Shown: positions 19,710 to 29,641 of the stretch, piece by piece | Layout: the number at the start of each line of letters is the position of its first letter | How positions within the stretch are numbered: position 1 is the stretch's first letter | Assembly: GCA_001794055.1 (NCBI GenBank) | Contig: MGJB01000017.1 | Span: 21,339 to 85,338 of the forward strand | DNA from: Candidatus Yanofskybacteria bacterium RIFCSPHIGHO2_01_FULL_41_26 | Lineage (GTDB): Bacteria; Patescibacteriota; Minisyncoccia; 2-02-FULL-40-12; GWA2-44-9 | Direction of reading: 5' to 3' | Length of the DNA stretch: 64,000 nt | Notes under the pieces: model-generated | What the model was told of the DNA's origin: nothing | The model's input: the letters and a program-made list of their open reading frames with translations, nothing else | Databases searched by the model: none | Position numbers and translations under genes: made by a program

Positions 19710-20093
19710 TTATACCACAAAACCTGAATAGAGCAAATAGATTCCCGCCGCTAACCAAACAAGTCCCCAAAGCACAAGCTTCTTTCCGCCGGCAAATTCC
19801 TTACCAAAATGACCAATCTTTGTCGAAACCAAAATTCTTAATCCACCTTTCATTACTCCCATCCAACCCATCAGGGTTACTAATCCCCTGAAGTCTGATG
19901 TCCAGACATTGTGGGCCACCACTATCAAGAGCCCCAAAAACAGATGCATAAAACCGGAGAAAACAACCAGACCCGTGCTTTTTGAGAAATCGTCCAATAT
20001 TTTGGACAAATGTTTTTTGTTTAAAAACTTCGCCACACATGCTACGACCAAGTATATCCCGAATACTCGGGCTAAATAAATTGAAATGTTCAT
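19710..20093 (-). CDS. Membrane protein (4 TM)
   Basis: Hydrophobic; GLLIVVAHNVW motif. Confidence 0.75.
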   Translation of the reverse strand: MNISIYLARVFGIYLVVACVAKFLNKKHLSKILDDFSKSTGLVVFSGFMHLFLGLLIVVAHNVWTSDFRGLVTLMGWMGVMKGGLRILVSTKIGHFGKEFAGGKKLVLWGLVWLAAGIYLLYSGFVV

Positions 20094-20135
20094 ATTTGAA
20101 TTCTAACATATTATATGTTAGAATAACTCATTACT

Positions 20136-20639
20136 TTGTTAAAGAGATTAAGAATAAACAACCAGATAAAAGCCATTGAAGTCCAGGTTATAGATGAAAA
20201 CGGCAAACAGCTTGGGACCATGAAGACTTTTGACGCGCTTAAACTTGCCCGTGAAAAAGATCTTGATTTGGCCGAGGTAGGCCCGAATGTTCAGCCCCCT
20301 ATTGCCAAAATCATGGATTATGGTAAATATATATACCGCAAGAAGCGTCAAGAAAAGAAGTCCGGCCCCAAACAGAAAGAACAGGAAAGAAAGACAGTAA
20401 GGGTAGGATTTAAGACCGGAACCCACGATTTGGAGTTCAAAGCCAAACAGATAAAGGAATTTTTAAATGAGGGCCATATCGTCAAGATAGAATTAACCTT
20501 AAGAGGCAGAGAGAAAGCCCTGGCACATTTGGGCAAAGAAAAACTTAATAATTTTATAAAATTAATCGGTGAAGAATTCGCTGTTCAGGAAGCTGTAAAG
20601 AGATCGCCTTTTGGTTGGACAACCACAATCAAGAAATAA
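20136..20639 (+). CDS. infC: Translation initiation factor IF-3
   Basis: INNQI..EVQVIDENG, PPIAKIMDYGK, LRGRE. Confidence 0.95.
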   Translation: MLKRLRINNQIKAIEVQVIDENGKQLGTMKTFDALKLAREKDLDLAEVGPNVQPPIAKIMDYGKYIYRKKRQEKKSGPKQKEQERKTVRVGFKTGTHDLEFKAKQIKEFLNEGHIVKIELTLRGREKALAHLGKEKLNNFIKLIGEEFAVQEAVKRSPFGWTTTIKK

Positions 20640-20646
20640 TTAAACA

Positions 20647-20856
20647 ATGAATATGTCGCATAAAGGAAAAACAAATAAATCGTTTTTGAAGAGAGTAAAA
20701 ATTACCGGAAGAGGTAAAATCATGAAACGTCCGCCCCATCAGGATCATTTTAATGCCAAAGAAGCGGGAAGCGCCGCAAGAAACAAGAAGGGTCATGTAA
20801 TGGCTCCCAGTTCATTGATTAAAAACGCCAAGGCCTTACTTCAAAGTAATATCTAA
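20647..20856 (+). CDS. rpmI: 50S ribosomal protein L35
   Basis: KTNKSFLKRVKITGRGK; operon position. Confidence 0.9.
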   Translation: MNMSHKGKTNKSFLKRVKITGRGKIMKRPPHQDHFNAKEAGSAARNKKGHVMAPSSLIKNAKALLQSNI

Positions 20857-20891
20857 TAAAATTTCTAATTACTAATTTTTAATTTCTAAAA

Positions 20892-21233
20892 ATGCCGAGG
20901 GTAAAGAGAGGAACAACTGCAAATGCCAGAAGAAAAAGATTGCTGAAACATGCAAAGGGTTTTATGTGGACCCGAAACACCAAATACCGCCAAGCCAAAG
21001 AAGGCCTACTCCACGCCTGGTCATTCCAATTTGCCGACAGAAAGAAAAAGAAACGGACAATGCGTAATCTCTGGACTATTAAAATAAATGCAGCCGCAAG
21101 AGAAAACGGCCTTACCTACTCCAAACTCATCAACCAACTCAAAAAAGCAAATATAGAATTAGACCGAAAGATACTCTCCGACCTCGCCGCCAACAACCCG
21201 GAAGTATTCAAAAAAATAGTATCGAAACTCTAA
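20892..21233 (+). CDS. rplT: 50S ribosomal protein L20
   Basis: MPRVKRG, RNLWTIKINAAAR, LDRKILSDLA. Confidence 0.97.
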   Translation: MPRVKRGTTANARRKRLLKHAKGFMWTRNTKYRQAKEGLLHAWSFQFADRKKKKRTMRNLWTIKINAAARENGLTYSKLINQLKKANIELDRKILSDLAANNPEVFKKIVSKL

Positions 21234-21259
21234 CAAGTTGAGCTAGCTAGGGGTGAATC

Positions 21260-21299
21260 TAAATTAAAACCTACTTTTTATGAAGTAGGTTTTAATTTA
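21260..21299. terminator. Hairpin after rplT
   Basis: TAAATTAAAACCTACTT...AAGTAGGTTTTAATTTA. Confidence 0.6.
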
Positions 21300-21305
21300 T
21301 AACCC

Positions 21306-21340
21306 TGCAGGGCCAATAGAGAACATTGGAAAACTTTGTT
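21306..21340 (+). repeat. Cassette arm R1, copy 1 (35 bp)
   Basis: TGCAGGGCCAATAGAGAACATTGGAAAACTTTGTT, identical to 22275-22309. Confidence 0.9.
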
Positions 21341-21439
21341 CGGTCAAATTTACGGGTATTTTATTAAAGACCCGACTTTCTTTGAATTTAACACGATTTT
21401 TAGAAATTAAAAAGCGACCGAGATCTCGTGCCGCTTATA

Positions 21440-21805
21440 CTAATGAATGCTTTTATGTTTGCCTTGTGCAATTTCAATTAGATACTGATGAAGTTCAGTT
21501 GGCGGCATACATTCATAATCAGGATAAATTTTTATTATCCTATCATATAATTCTTGATCTTCTCTAATCATGCCAATCAATTCTCTTTGATTGAGCGTTT
21601 CGACAGGCCATCTTTGCAATTCATCGACATGTTCTTTAAACCAAGAAGTTATCTTAGAACCGTGTTCAGTAAATTCCCTTAAAAATCGTAAACCTTCTTT
21701 GGACTGCTCCTTGGTTAACTTATTCTTTTTTATACTCCATCTTATTAGAATTACCCCTAATGCGATCAGCACCGATACGACAACATATATGACATTCATG
21801 GCCAC
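21440..21805 (-). CDS. Hypothetical membrane-anchored protein (cassette cargo)
   Basis: N-terminal TM, AAGGA SD, lies between R1 and R2. Confidence 0.65.
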   Translation of the reverse strand: MAMNVIYVVVSVLIALGVILIRWSIKKNKLTKEQSKEGLRFLREFTEHGSKITSWFKEHVDELQRWPVETLNQRELIGMIREDQELYDRIIKIYPDYECMPPTELHQYLIEIAQGKHKSIH

Positions 21806-21908
21806 ATCCTTTAATCAAAAAGCTGAAAATACTATACAATACTTTCGGTATTATTGCAAAAAAATTGGGGCTAACCAAAAAACCAGCATTTCTGCTTATT
21901 TTTCGTCA

Positions 21909-21929
21909 AAAGTTTTCCATTCCCCTTGG
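21909..21929 (+). repeat. Cassette arm R2, copy 1 (21 bp)
   Basis: AAAGTTTTCCATTCCCCTTGG, identical to 22889-22909; inverted relative to the TGGAAAACTTT of R1. Confidence 0.9.
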
Positions 21930-21932
21930 CCC

Positions 21933-22187
21933 CTAGATAACTGGCTTACCAAACTTAATTAGATTTAATTTCTTTTCACGTCTCCACCCTTTGATTTGTG
22001 CTTCTCTTTTAAGTGCCCGGGATTTATCATTAAACTTCTCGGTATGTAAAATTTTCACTACTTTTCTTGCTCTAGTATAACGAGCTCCTCTACCAACTTG
22101 GTGCTCGAGAAATCTTCTTTCAACATCTTTGGCAATACCGGTATAAAAAGTGCCATCTCCACATTGAATTAAATATACAAAATACAT
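21933..22187 (-). CDS. GIY-YIG nuclease (UPF0213-like)
   Basis: YFVYLIQCGDGTFYTGI, RR..EH, GARYTR, ALKREAQIK. Confidence 0.92.
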   Translation of the reverse strand: MYFVYLIQCGDGTFYTGIAKDVERRFLEHQVGRGARYTRARKVVKILHTEKFNDKSRALKREAQIKGWRREKKLNLIKFGKPVI

Positions 22188-22202
22188 AATGATTTTAAGA
22201 AA

Positions 22203-22277
22203 TGCCCTTCGATAAACTCAGGGCACTTCTCCAGCTCTGCTCGCCAAAAATGGCTCGCACTGAGCTTGTCGAAGTGC
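22203..22277. repeat. Inverted pair of REP-like hairpin repeats upstream of the GIY-YIG gene
   Basis: TGCCCTTCGATAAACTCAGGGCA and GCACTGAGCTTGTCGAAGTGC. Confidence 0.75.
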
Positions 22278-22309
22278 AGGGCCAATAGAGAACATTGGAA
22301 AACTTTGTT
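22275..22309 (+). repeat. Cassette arm R1, copy 2
   Basis: Identical to 21306-21340. Confidence 0.9.
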
Positions 22310-22413
22310 AGCTGATATTTATATGTATTTTATACAAAATCCATTAGAACTAAAATTTGACATAATTACATTATAGTGATAATATACTGGAACTTAGCAA
22401 AAGGAGGACTGAC

Positions 22414-22866
22414 GTGGCTAGCAGAGACCGAGTCGCAAAGCTCTTTGAAACCCTACAAGTAAGCAAGCAATTCGATGCAATAATCGAAAATACTTCCTCT
22501 GTTATGAGAGATAAGTATAGCACTGAATGTCTTGAGGATGGTATTGATCCAGCCGAATTTCATCGAATTGTTACAGAACCAGTAGGACTTCTGAAAGACG
22601 GCCTACTTGAACTAGTTGCACAAATTTATACAGAAATTTTTACAGACGAAGAAGTTGACGAATTGGTTTCTATTTATTCGTCACCTACGTTCCAAAGATT
22701 GTTGGAACTTACGCCCGAGATTCACAAACGAACAATGACCTTTGTTGTTGATCGTATGGACGAAATCCAAGCTCAGGTAGAAGAAAAAGTCGAAGCTCTT
22801 CTTGAAACAAAGAATCCCACTACAAAACCCCGCAGATCACCGTGGGGGATGGATTCTCTGGACTGA
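22414..22866 (+). CDS. DUF2059-like hypothetical protein (cassette cargo)
   Basis: IYTEIFTDEEVDELVSIYSSPTFQRL motif; AGGAGG SD and TTGACA box upstream. Confidence 0.7.
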   Translation: MASRDRVAKLFETLQVSKQFDAIIENTSSVMRDKYSTECLEDGIDPAEFHRIVTEPVGLLKDGLLELVAQIYTEIFTDEEVDELVSIYSSPTFQRLLELTPEIHKRTMTFVVDRMDEIQAQVEEKVEALLETKNPTTKPRRSPWGMDSLD

Positions 22867-22888
22867 TTAATTCAGTCCTTTTTATTTG

Positions 22889-22909
22889 AAAGTTTTCCAT
22901 TCCCCTTGG
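22889..22909 (+). repeat. Cassette arm R2, copy 2
   Basis: Identical to 21909-21929. Confidence 0.9.
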
Positions 22910-22997
22910 GGGTCGATAAAAACAGGAATTCGGAAAACTCTCAGTAACCTAGATTCCCTGATGATTCCTGGCTTAAAAAGTTTTCCTCATTCCACTA

Positions 22998-23072
22998 TGG
23001 CAGCGCTACGGGGAGTCGAACCCCGCTTCTATGCTTGAAAAGCATATGTCCTAACCGATAGACGATAGCGCC
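22998..23072 (-). tRNA. tRNA-Glu(TTC)
   Basis: Cloverleaf; anticodon loop TTTTCAA; CCA encoded. Confidence 0.95.
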
Positions 23073-23135
23073 AATTTATAAAAAATTTTACATCAAAATC
23101 TGGTAAAAATCAAGAAAACCTGTTAAAATTTGGCA

Positions 23136-24194
23136 ATGAAAATTTTAGGAATTGAAACCTCTTGCGACGAAACAGCGGCGTCGGTAATTGAAGTAACTGG
23201 CAAAAATGGTATTAAAGTTCTATCCAATATCATTTCCTCTCAGGTAAAACTCCATGCCAAATATGGTGGAGTGGTCCCCTCTCTTGCCGCCCGCGAACAT
23301 GTTAAAAATATTGGACATGTTTTTAACTACGCATTAAAGCAGGCCGGTCTGTTGAAGTTTGGCTTTAACAGGCTTGATCTGATTGCTGTAACCCGCGGGC
23401 CCGGCCTCGGGCCCGCTTTGTTGGTCGGTCTAACATTCGCCAAAACAATTTCCTGGCTACATCAAAAACCTATCATCGGAGTAAATCATCTTGAAGGACA
23501 CATATACAGCAACTGGCTATCGCCAGTTGCTGAAATTTCTAAAAAAGATTTTCCGGCACTTAATTTAATAGTGTCAGGCGGACACACAGAACTAGTTCTG
23601 ATGAAAGACCACGGCCAATACAAAATAATTGGAGAAACCATGGACGATGCCGCAGGAGAAGCGTTCGATAAGGTCGCCCGTCTTTTGGATCTTGGATATC
23701 CTGGCGGACCGGCCGTTTCGGCAAGAGCTGAACAATTTTCAATTTCTAATTTTCAATTTCCAATTAAATTTCCTCGGCCAATGAAAAAATCTAAAAATTT
23801 TAACTTCAGCTATTCCGGGTTGAAAACCGCCGTATTATATAAAATTAGGGAGCTGAAAAATGATGGAATCAAACTGACTGTTTCCATCATTGATGAAATA
23901 GCATACGCGTTTCAGGAGGCCGCTATTGACGTCTTAGTACAAAAAACCATACGCGCTGCAAAAGAACATAACGTTGAATCGATTTTGTTGTCGGGCGGGG
24001 TTTCGGCCAATAAATTACTTCGTTCTGAACTTAAAAAAAATGCCACCAAAATGGGTATTAAATATTTTCAACCACCGATGGAATATACAGGCGACAACGC
24101 GGCCATGATAGCAGTTGCCGGATATTTTACTTATTTAAAAAACAAAAAAACCGATTATAAATCGGTTAAAATAGATGCCAATTTGGCCATATAA
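23136..24194 (+). CDS. tsaD: tRNA N6-threonylcarbamoyltransferase
   Basis: ILGIETSCDET, GGVVP, NHLEGH, SGGHT, DDAAGEAFDK, DNAAMIA. Confidence 0.96.
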   Translation: MKILGIETSCDETAASVIEVTGKNGIKVLSNIISSQVKLHAKYGGVVPSLAAREHVKNIGHVFNYALKQAGLLKFGFNRLDLIAVTRGPGLGPALLVGLTFAKTISWLHQKPIIGVNHLEGHIYSNWLSPVAEISKKDFPALNLIVSGGHTELVLMKDHGQYKIIGETMDDAAGEAFDKVARLLDLGYPGGPAVSARAEQFSISNFQFPIKFPRPMKKSKNFNFSYSGLKTAVLYKIRELKNDGIKLTVSIIDEIAYAFQEAAIDVLVQKTIRAAKEHNVESILLSGGVSANKLLRSELKKNATKMGIKYFQPPMEYTGDNAAMIAVAGYFTYLKNKKTDYKSVKIDANLAI

Positions 24195-24726
24195 AGAAAA
24201 ATATCATAATCATTGACAGGGCCAATAGAACAAGCCCTATGTTCGAAATATTGACCCACAATTTTGAAGTAGGCGGAGAAACAACTCTTTCACGCTTATA
24301 GACATCTTTGTATCTTTTCGGATTAAAAACAATCTCTAATTGGCAATGGCCACACTGGACATATAGACAACCCTTGTGACGATAACCATGGGGATAGTCG
24401 ATGCAGACTTTGCCGCAATTGGAACATTTGAAAAGATAGAATCCCGAATGACCAGTCCAGCCGGGCATTGTAAAGTTTCCAACAAACAACGGCTTTGAAG
24501 TAGCTTGTTCTTTCTGCTCTCTTGGAACTAAAAAGGTTAGAAGTGTTTCTTTGTCCCTAACGAAATTGCATTCTGTGCACACACTATCACGATGCTCTCT
24601 GTGGGGGTTTTCTCTTTCCCAGTCCTCTTTGCTTATAGGATATTGTTTACCATCTTTTACTCCCGCGACTCCATTTGCATCGTGAATCGTATAGTCGTAG
24701 TCACTTGCTTTAGCACTTAAAGCCAT
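24166..24726 (-). CDS. Hypothetical protein with CxxC motifs and a C-terminal TM
   Basis: CTEC, CSNC, CGHC; hydrophobic C-terminus. Confidence 0.6.
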   Translation of the reverse strand: MALSAKASDYDYTIHDANGVAGVKDGKQYPISKEDWERENPHREHRDSVCTECNFVRDKETLLTFLVPREQKEQATSKPLFVGNFTMPGWTGHSGFYLFKCSNCGKVCIDYPHGYRHKGCLYVQCGHCQLEIVFNPKRYKDVYKRERVVSPPTSKLWVNISNIGLVLLALSMIMIFFFIWPNWHLF

Positions 24727-24793
24727 TTGTGAAACCTTCTTTTTTAAGATACAATTTAACTAAACTTTTAGAAGTCTACCATTAAATTCGATA

Positions 24794-26956
24794 ATGTCAA
24801 TAGAACTACTCAAGACCTATAACCCCAAAGAGGTTGAAGACAAAATTTATAAACTCTGGAAAGAGAGCGGATTTTTTAATCCCGATAATCTGCCGAAGCG
24901 ACATCAAAATCCATTTACCATCATTATGCCTCCAACTAATGCCAATGGCTCACTTCATGCCGGCCACGGCTTAGTAATGACAATTGAGGATATTATGATC
25001 CGTTATAAACGCATGAGGGGATACAAAACTCTATGGCTCCCCGGCTTAGATCACGCCGGTTTTGAAACACAAGTTGTATATGAAAAACAACTCGAAAAAG
25101 AAGGGCGTTCTCGTTTCCAAATGGATCCAAAAGAACTATACAAAGAAATTTTGGATTTTACCTTAAACAATAAAAAAAATATAAAAGGTCAAATTCCCAA
25201 GATTGGATCCTCTTGTGATTGGTCAAGAGAAAAATTCACACTTGATGGTGATATTGTAAAAACAGTTTATAAAATATTTGAAAAAATGGCCAAAGATGGC
25301 CTTGTATATCGTGGCAAGAAGGTAATAAATTGGTGCCCCAAACATCAAACCTCCTTATCTGACCTTGAAACTGCCGACACAGAACAGGTTGATAATTTTT
25401 ATTACCTTCAATACGGCCCTTTTGTTATTGCTACCGCTCGTCCGGAAACTAAGTTCGGAGATAAATATGTAGTCATGCATCCAAATGACGAAAGGTATAA
25501 AAAATACAAAAACGGACAGAAGATAAAACTTGAATGGATTAATGGACCAATCACCGCTACGATCATCAAAGACGAAGCAATTGATATGACATTTGGTACC
25601 GGTGTTATGACTATTACACCGTGGCACGATTCAACTGACTTTGAAATTGCAGAACGCCATAATTTGGAAAAAGAACAAATCATAGATTTTCGCGGTAAAT
25701 TGCTTCCAATAGCCGGCGAATTTGTGGGGATATCAATAAAAGAAGCCCGTCCGCTAATTATTGAAAAGCTTAAATCAAAAGGCCTCTTGGTCAAGATTGA
25801 TGAGAATTATAAGCATGTGGTCAAGAAGTGCTACAAATGCGAATCAATAATTGAGCCCCAAATAAAAGATCAGTGGTTCATCAAAATGAAACCCCTAGCC
25901 GAACCGGCTATCAAGACAATAGAGGATGGAGATATTGAATACATTCCGGAACACTACAAAAAAATATCTCTACACTGGCTTAAAAATATTATTGACTGGA
26001 ATGTCTCACGCCAGATTGTATGGGGTATCCCTATCCCGGCTAAAATTTGCATCAAATGCGATGAGGGCATTGTTGATATAGATAATAAAATATCCGTTTG
26101 TCCCAAATGTGGAGGAGATGTAAGACAAGAAACGGATACTTTTGATACATGGTTCTCGTCAGGTCAATGGCCATTCGCAAGTCTTGGTTTTCCAGATTCA
26201 AAAGATTATAAAGAATTCTTCCCCACTGATGTCATGGAGACCGCAGGAGAGATAATATTCTTTTGGGTTGCCCGTATGATTATGTTTAGTTTATATGTCA
26301 CGGGAAAAATTCCCTTTAAAACCGTATACCTTCACGGCCTTGTTTTGGATGCTAAGGGACAAAAAATGAGCAAGAGCAAGGGCAATGTTATAAACCCTCT
26401 CGACCTAACAGAAAAGTATGGCACTGATGCTTTTAGGATTGGATTGGTGGTTGGCAATACACCCGGAACATCGCTTGCATTGGCAGAAGATAAGATAAAA
26501 GGCTACAAACATTTTGGAAACAAACTTTGGAATATTGCCCGATTTGTTCTTATGTCTTTACCCGATGATATGTCCACTGTTTTGAAGTCACCACTAACCC
26601 CAGAGGATCAAAAACTAATTGATGAGCTTAATGTCTCTATGAAGGAAATAACCGATGATATGGATCAATACCGATTCTATCTTGCCGCTGAAAAAATTTA
26701 TCATTACACTTGGCATGCATTCGCAGATAAAATAATTGAGGAATCAAAAGCAAAACTTGCCAGTGAAGATGAGAAAATAAGGACATCTGCCCAACGGATG
26801 CTTATAGAAATTTTAACTACATGCCTAAAAACACTCCATCCATTCATGCCGTTTATTACCGAAGAAATATACTCTAAATTGCCTCTCCATCCGCCTCCGC
26901 CAGAAAGGGCGGATGGCGGAAAAAAACTCCTGATGATAGAAGATTGGCCGGTTTAA
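24794..26956 (+). CDS. valS: Valine--tRNA ligase (short form)
   Basis: PPTNANGSLHAGH, DWNVSRQIVWG, KMSKS; no C-terminal coiled coil. Confidence 0.95.
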   Translation: MSIELLKTYNPKEVEDKIYKLWKESGFFNPDNLPKRHQNPFTIIMPPTNANGSLHAGHGLVMTIEDIMIRYKRMRGYKTLWLPGLDHAGFETQVVYEKQLEKEGRSRFQMDPKELYKEILDFTLNNKKNIKGQIPKIGSSCDWSREKFTLDGDIVKTVYKIFEKMAKDGLVYRGKKVINWCPKHQTSLSDLETADTEQVDNFYYLQYGPFVIATARPETKFGDKYVVMHPNDERYKKYKNGQKIKLEWINGPITATIIKDEAIDMTFGTGVMTITPWHDSTDFEIAERHNLEKEQIIDFRGKLLPIAGEFVGISIKEARPLIIEKLKSKGLLVKIDENYKHVVKKCYKCESIIEPQIKDQWFIKMKPLAEPAIKTIEDGDIEYIPEHYKKISLHWLKNIIDWNVSRQIVWGIPIPAKICIKCDEGIVDIDNKISVCPKCGGDVRQETDTFDTWFSSGQWPFASLGFPDSKDYKEFFPTDVMETAGEIIFFWVARMIMFSLYVTGKIPFKTVYLHGLVLDAKGQKMSKSKGNVINPLDLTEKYGTDAFRIGLVVGNTPGTSLALAEDKIKGYKHFGNKLWNIARFVLMSLPDDMSTVLKSPLTPEDQKLIDELNVSMKEITDDMDQYRFYLAAEKIYHYTWHAFADKIIEESKAKLASEDEKIRTSAQRMLIEILTTCLKTLHPFMPFITEEIYSKLPLHPPPPERADGGKKLLMIEDWPV

Positions 26957-26995
26957 TAATTAGGAATTAGAAATTAGAAATTGTATAATGGGTAT

Positions 26996-27766
26996 ATGTC
27001 ACCATTGACGGTTAACATCATCTTGATAATTCTGGGGTTAACTCCAAGCCTGGTGTGGCTTTATTTTTTTGCCAGAAAAGACTGCCACCCCGAACCGAAA
27101 AACCTTCTTGCTCAAACATTTCTCATGGGCATTATCATCTCTCCAATCGCTATACTTTTACAATTCAGTTTTGCCCAGCTTGCATCAGTACTAATGGGAA
27201 TAAGCCAAGCTTCAACCCAAAACACTTCATATTTTTTTCTCTGGGCCGCTGCTGTTGAAGAAGTTATTAAATTTTACGCTGTCAGAATGTTGATCTTAAG
27301 AAACCCGGAATTCGACGAACCCGTTGATGCCATGATCTACATGATAACAGCTGGATTAGGTTTTGCCGCAATGGAAAACATCCTCGTCATGTTTAGAATT
27401 TTCCCTGACGGAGCCCAGGCTACTTTAGCCACATGGACCCTCCGTTTTACAGGAGCAACCCTGCTTCATGCCTTATCTTCCGGACTGCTTGGCTATTTCC
27501 TTGCCATGTCATGGTTCTTTCGCGATCACAGAAAAAAGTTGATTTTTATCGGACTCATAATGGCGACCATTTTTCACTTCACTTTCAACACCTTCTTGTC
27601 GGTTTTTGATAACCGGGTAACTGGCTTGATTTATTCAACGGCCCTTTTGTTGTTAATGGCTTTTCTTGTTTCAATTTTATTTGATAAAATAAAAGACAGA
27701 CATGCATCAACAACTGCCGGCTTAGCAACTGTTGTTAGCAACAAAACCATAAATTTGTTAAGATAG
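26996..27766 (+). CDS. prsW: PrsW-family intramembrane metalloprotease
   Basis: PEP, EEVIK, FDEPVD, GLGFAAMEN, LLHA, FHFTFN. Confidence 0.9.
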   Translation: MSPLTVNIILIILGLTPSLVWLYFFARKDCHPEPKNLLAQTFLMGIIISPIAILLQFSFAQLASVLMGISQASTQNTSYFFLWAAAVEEVIKFYAVRMLILRNPEFDEPVDAMIYMITAGLGFAAMENILVMFRIFPDGAQATLATWTLRFTGATLLHALSSGLLGYFLAMSWFFRDHRKKLIFIGLIMATIFHFTFNTFLSVFDNRVTGLIYSTALLLLMAFLVSILFDKIKDRHASTTAGLATVVSNKTINLLR

Positions 27767-27786
27767 GGTCAGATAACGACAATGAC

Positions 27787-28188
27787 ATGGAAGACTATTT
27801 TGAGAAAAACAACAATCTAGAAGCAACATTGGTTTCAACTAAAAAAGAACCCCGTCAAGAAAGCGAGGGCCAGCTTACAATTGACGTCTTTCAAACTGAA
27901 GACGATGTGGTTATTCAGTCAACTATAGCCGGGGTCAGCGATAAAGACCTGGATATATCAGTCGCAAACGATATGGTGACCATAAAAGGAGCAAGGACAC
28001 CCGAACAAAAAATCAAATCTTCGGATTACTATTACCAAGAACTATACTGGGGGCCATTCTCAAGATCCATCATACTGCCCGTTGACATTGATGCCGATAA
28101 CGCCAAAGCATCAATGAAAAACGGGATCCTCACAATCCGACTTCCAAAACTTGACAGAATCAGAACAAAAAAGATAAAGGTCTCTTAA
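27787..28188 (+). CDS. Hsp20/alpha-crystallin small heat shock protein
   Basis: IDVFQT, WGPFSRSIILP, A.MKNGILTI.LPK. Confidence 0.93.
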   Translation: MEDYFEKNNNLEATLVSTKKEPRQESEGQLTIDVFQTEDDVVIQSTIAGVSDKDLDISVANDMVTIKGARTPEQKIKSSDYYYQELYWGPFSRSIILPVDIDADNAKASMKNGILTIRLPKLDRIRTKKIKVS

Positions 28189-28207
28189 AAAGCATCCTCC
28201 CTCATCA

Positions 28208-29389
28208 ATGTTCAAGTTGGTTTACGTAGGTCCCAAAGAATTCAATGTTTTAGTTTACCGGTTGATCACAGTCGGTGTTGTTGTCTTGATTGGATTTAAT
28301 TTAGGATCTTGGTTTTATTTGTATACCGTTTCAATTTTCAATCCCAAAGTTCCACTCAGAAACTTTGCATCAATTCTTAGTACCTCAACCCTAAATGACC
28401 TGGAGCTGGATATAGGCAATAATAACAGAATAACAATAAAGAGCGCTGACCTGAAAGGTTGGGTAGAGCCCTACACAAGAGCCTATTCTGGCAAACAAGA
28501 CTTGCGGGTCTCTTCCAAATTTAATGACTATCTAATACGGTTAGCCACTGCCAATAATATTGAGCCGATTGACGCCAGGTTTGAATTCGGACCCAATAAT
28601 AAAGTAATTGTATTTAGCCAGTCAGTTCAAGGTAAAAAAGTTAACATTGCCAAATCCGCCACAGCCATAATAGATTCCCTTCGTGAAGGTAAAACTTCAG
28701 CCCGATTAACAATAGACATCATAGAACCCGAGATAACACTCGAAAAAGCAAACGACTTTGGCATAAAAACCCTCCTGGCCAAGGGCGAATCAAACTTTCT
28801 TGGTTCAAGTAATGCTAGAATCAATAACATTAAAACTGGTTCTTCTAAGTTCAACGGGTCTATTTTAAAACCAGGAGAGGAGTTCTCTTTTAACAATATT
28901 TTAGGAAATATTGACGAAAAGACAGGATATCAACCCGAACTCGTGATAAAAAATGGACAAACCATACCGGAATATGGAGGCGGTCTTTGCCAACTTTCTA
29001 CAACCATCTTCAGAGCCGCTATATTAGCTGGTTTGCCAATTACAGAGAGGAGGCCCCACTCTTTTCCTGTAAAATACTATAGCCCTCAAGGATTTGACGC
29101 TACTATTTATCCTGGGGTTTCCAACTTAAAATTCACTAATGACACGCCGGGGCACATTTTGTTGCAAACCAGAATAGAAGGCACCCGGTTGATCGTGGAA
29201 CTCTACGGCTCCGATGACGGAAGAAAAGTGACACTAGACGGTCCTCACCAATATGACCAAAAGGCCAACGGAGCGATGAAGGCTTACTTCATCCGAACAA
29301 CATCCTACGCAAACGGTGAGAAGAAAAACGAACGTTTTGATTCTAACTACCAGCCGCCTTTCGCTCAAGCCAGAAATCCATTAGAATAA
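28208..29389 (+). CDS. VanW-family protein
   Basis: PGEEFSFN, YGGGLCQLSTT, ERRPHS, DAT. Confidence 0.9.
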   Translation: MFKLVYVGPKEFNVLVYRLITVGVVVLIGFNLGSWFYLYTVSIFNPKVPLRNFASILSTSTLNDLELDIGNNNRITIKSADLKGWVEPYTRAYSGKQDLRVSSKFNDYLIRLATANNIEPIDARFEFGPNNKVIVFSQSVQGKKVNIAKSATAIIDSLREGKTSARLTIDIIEPEITLEKANDFGIKTLLAKGESNFLGSSNARINNIKTGSSKFNGSILKPGEEFSFNNILGNIDEKTGYQPELVIKNGQTIPEYGGGLCQLSTTIFRAAILAGLPITERRPHSFPVKYYSPQGFDATIYPGVSNLKFTNDTPGHILLQTRIEGTRLIVELYGSDDGRKVTLDGPHQYDQKANGAMKAYFIRTTSYANGEKKNERFDSNYQPPFAQARNPLE

Positions 29390-29390
29390 T

Positions 29391-29640
29391 GTGGTGTCTC
29401 TATTGTACCAAGCTCGCACCTATTTCCAAAATCGCTGATGTGCCACGCGCGGAGCGCGTGGTGGCTCTGAATTGAATCTTACGCTCCACGAAAGCCCCGC
29501 CACCGCCTCGCTTCACTCGGCAACCCCAAAAAGAAAAAATGTCCTTTCCATTTTAGAAAAATCCACCCCCGCGAAAATCCGGAAAGGCGGCGGAGCCGCA
29601 CCGCTGACAATTTCAAGTTTTTCTTTGGCGGCAAATTTAA
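29391..29640. mobile_element. Orphan terminal arm of a serine-recombinase element (remnant)
   Basis: Encodes VVSLLYQARTYFQNR*, similar to MVWLYNQARSYFSRNL* at 54466-54516; followed by GC-rich hairpins. Confidence 0.55.
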
Positions 29641-29641
29641 G

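Noticed and set aside
19567-19770. 67-aa ORF
   Set aside because: Overlaps the tmRNA; only its last codons (the tag peptide) are meaningful.
21306-22909. CRISPR array or integron attC/dif array
   Set aside because: Only two copies of each repeat, about 1 kb apart with whole genes between them; no cas, intI or xer gene nearby; no RYYYAAC/GTTRRRY or dif consensus.
24217-24232. CAGGGCCAATAGA match to arm R1
   Set aside because: Only about 13 nt, inside a CDS, without the GGAAAACTTT motif or a partner arm; probably chance.
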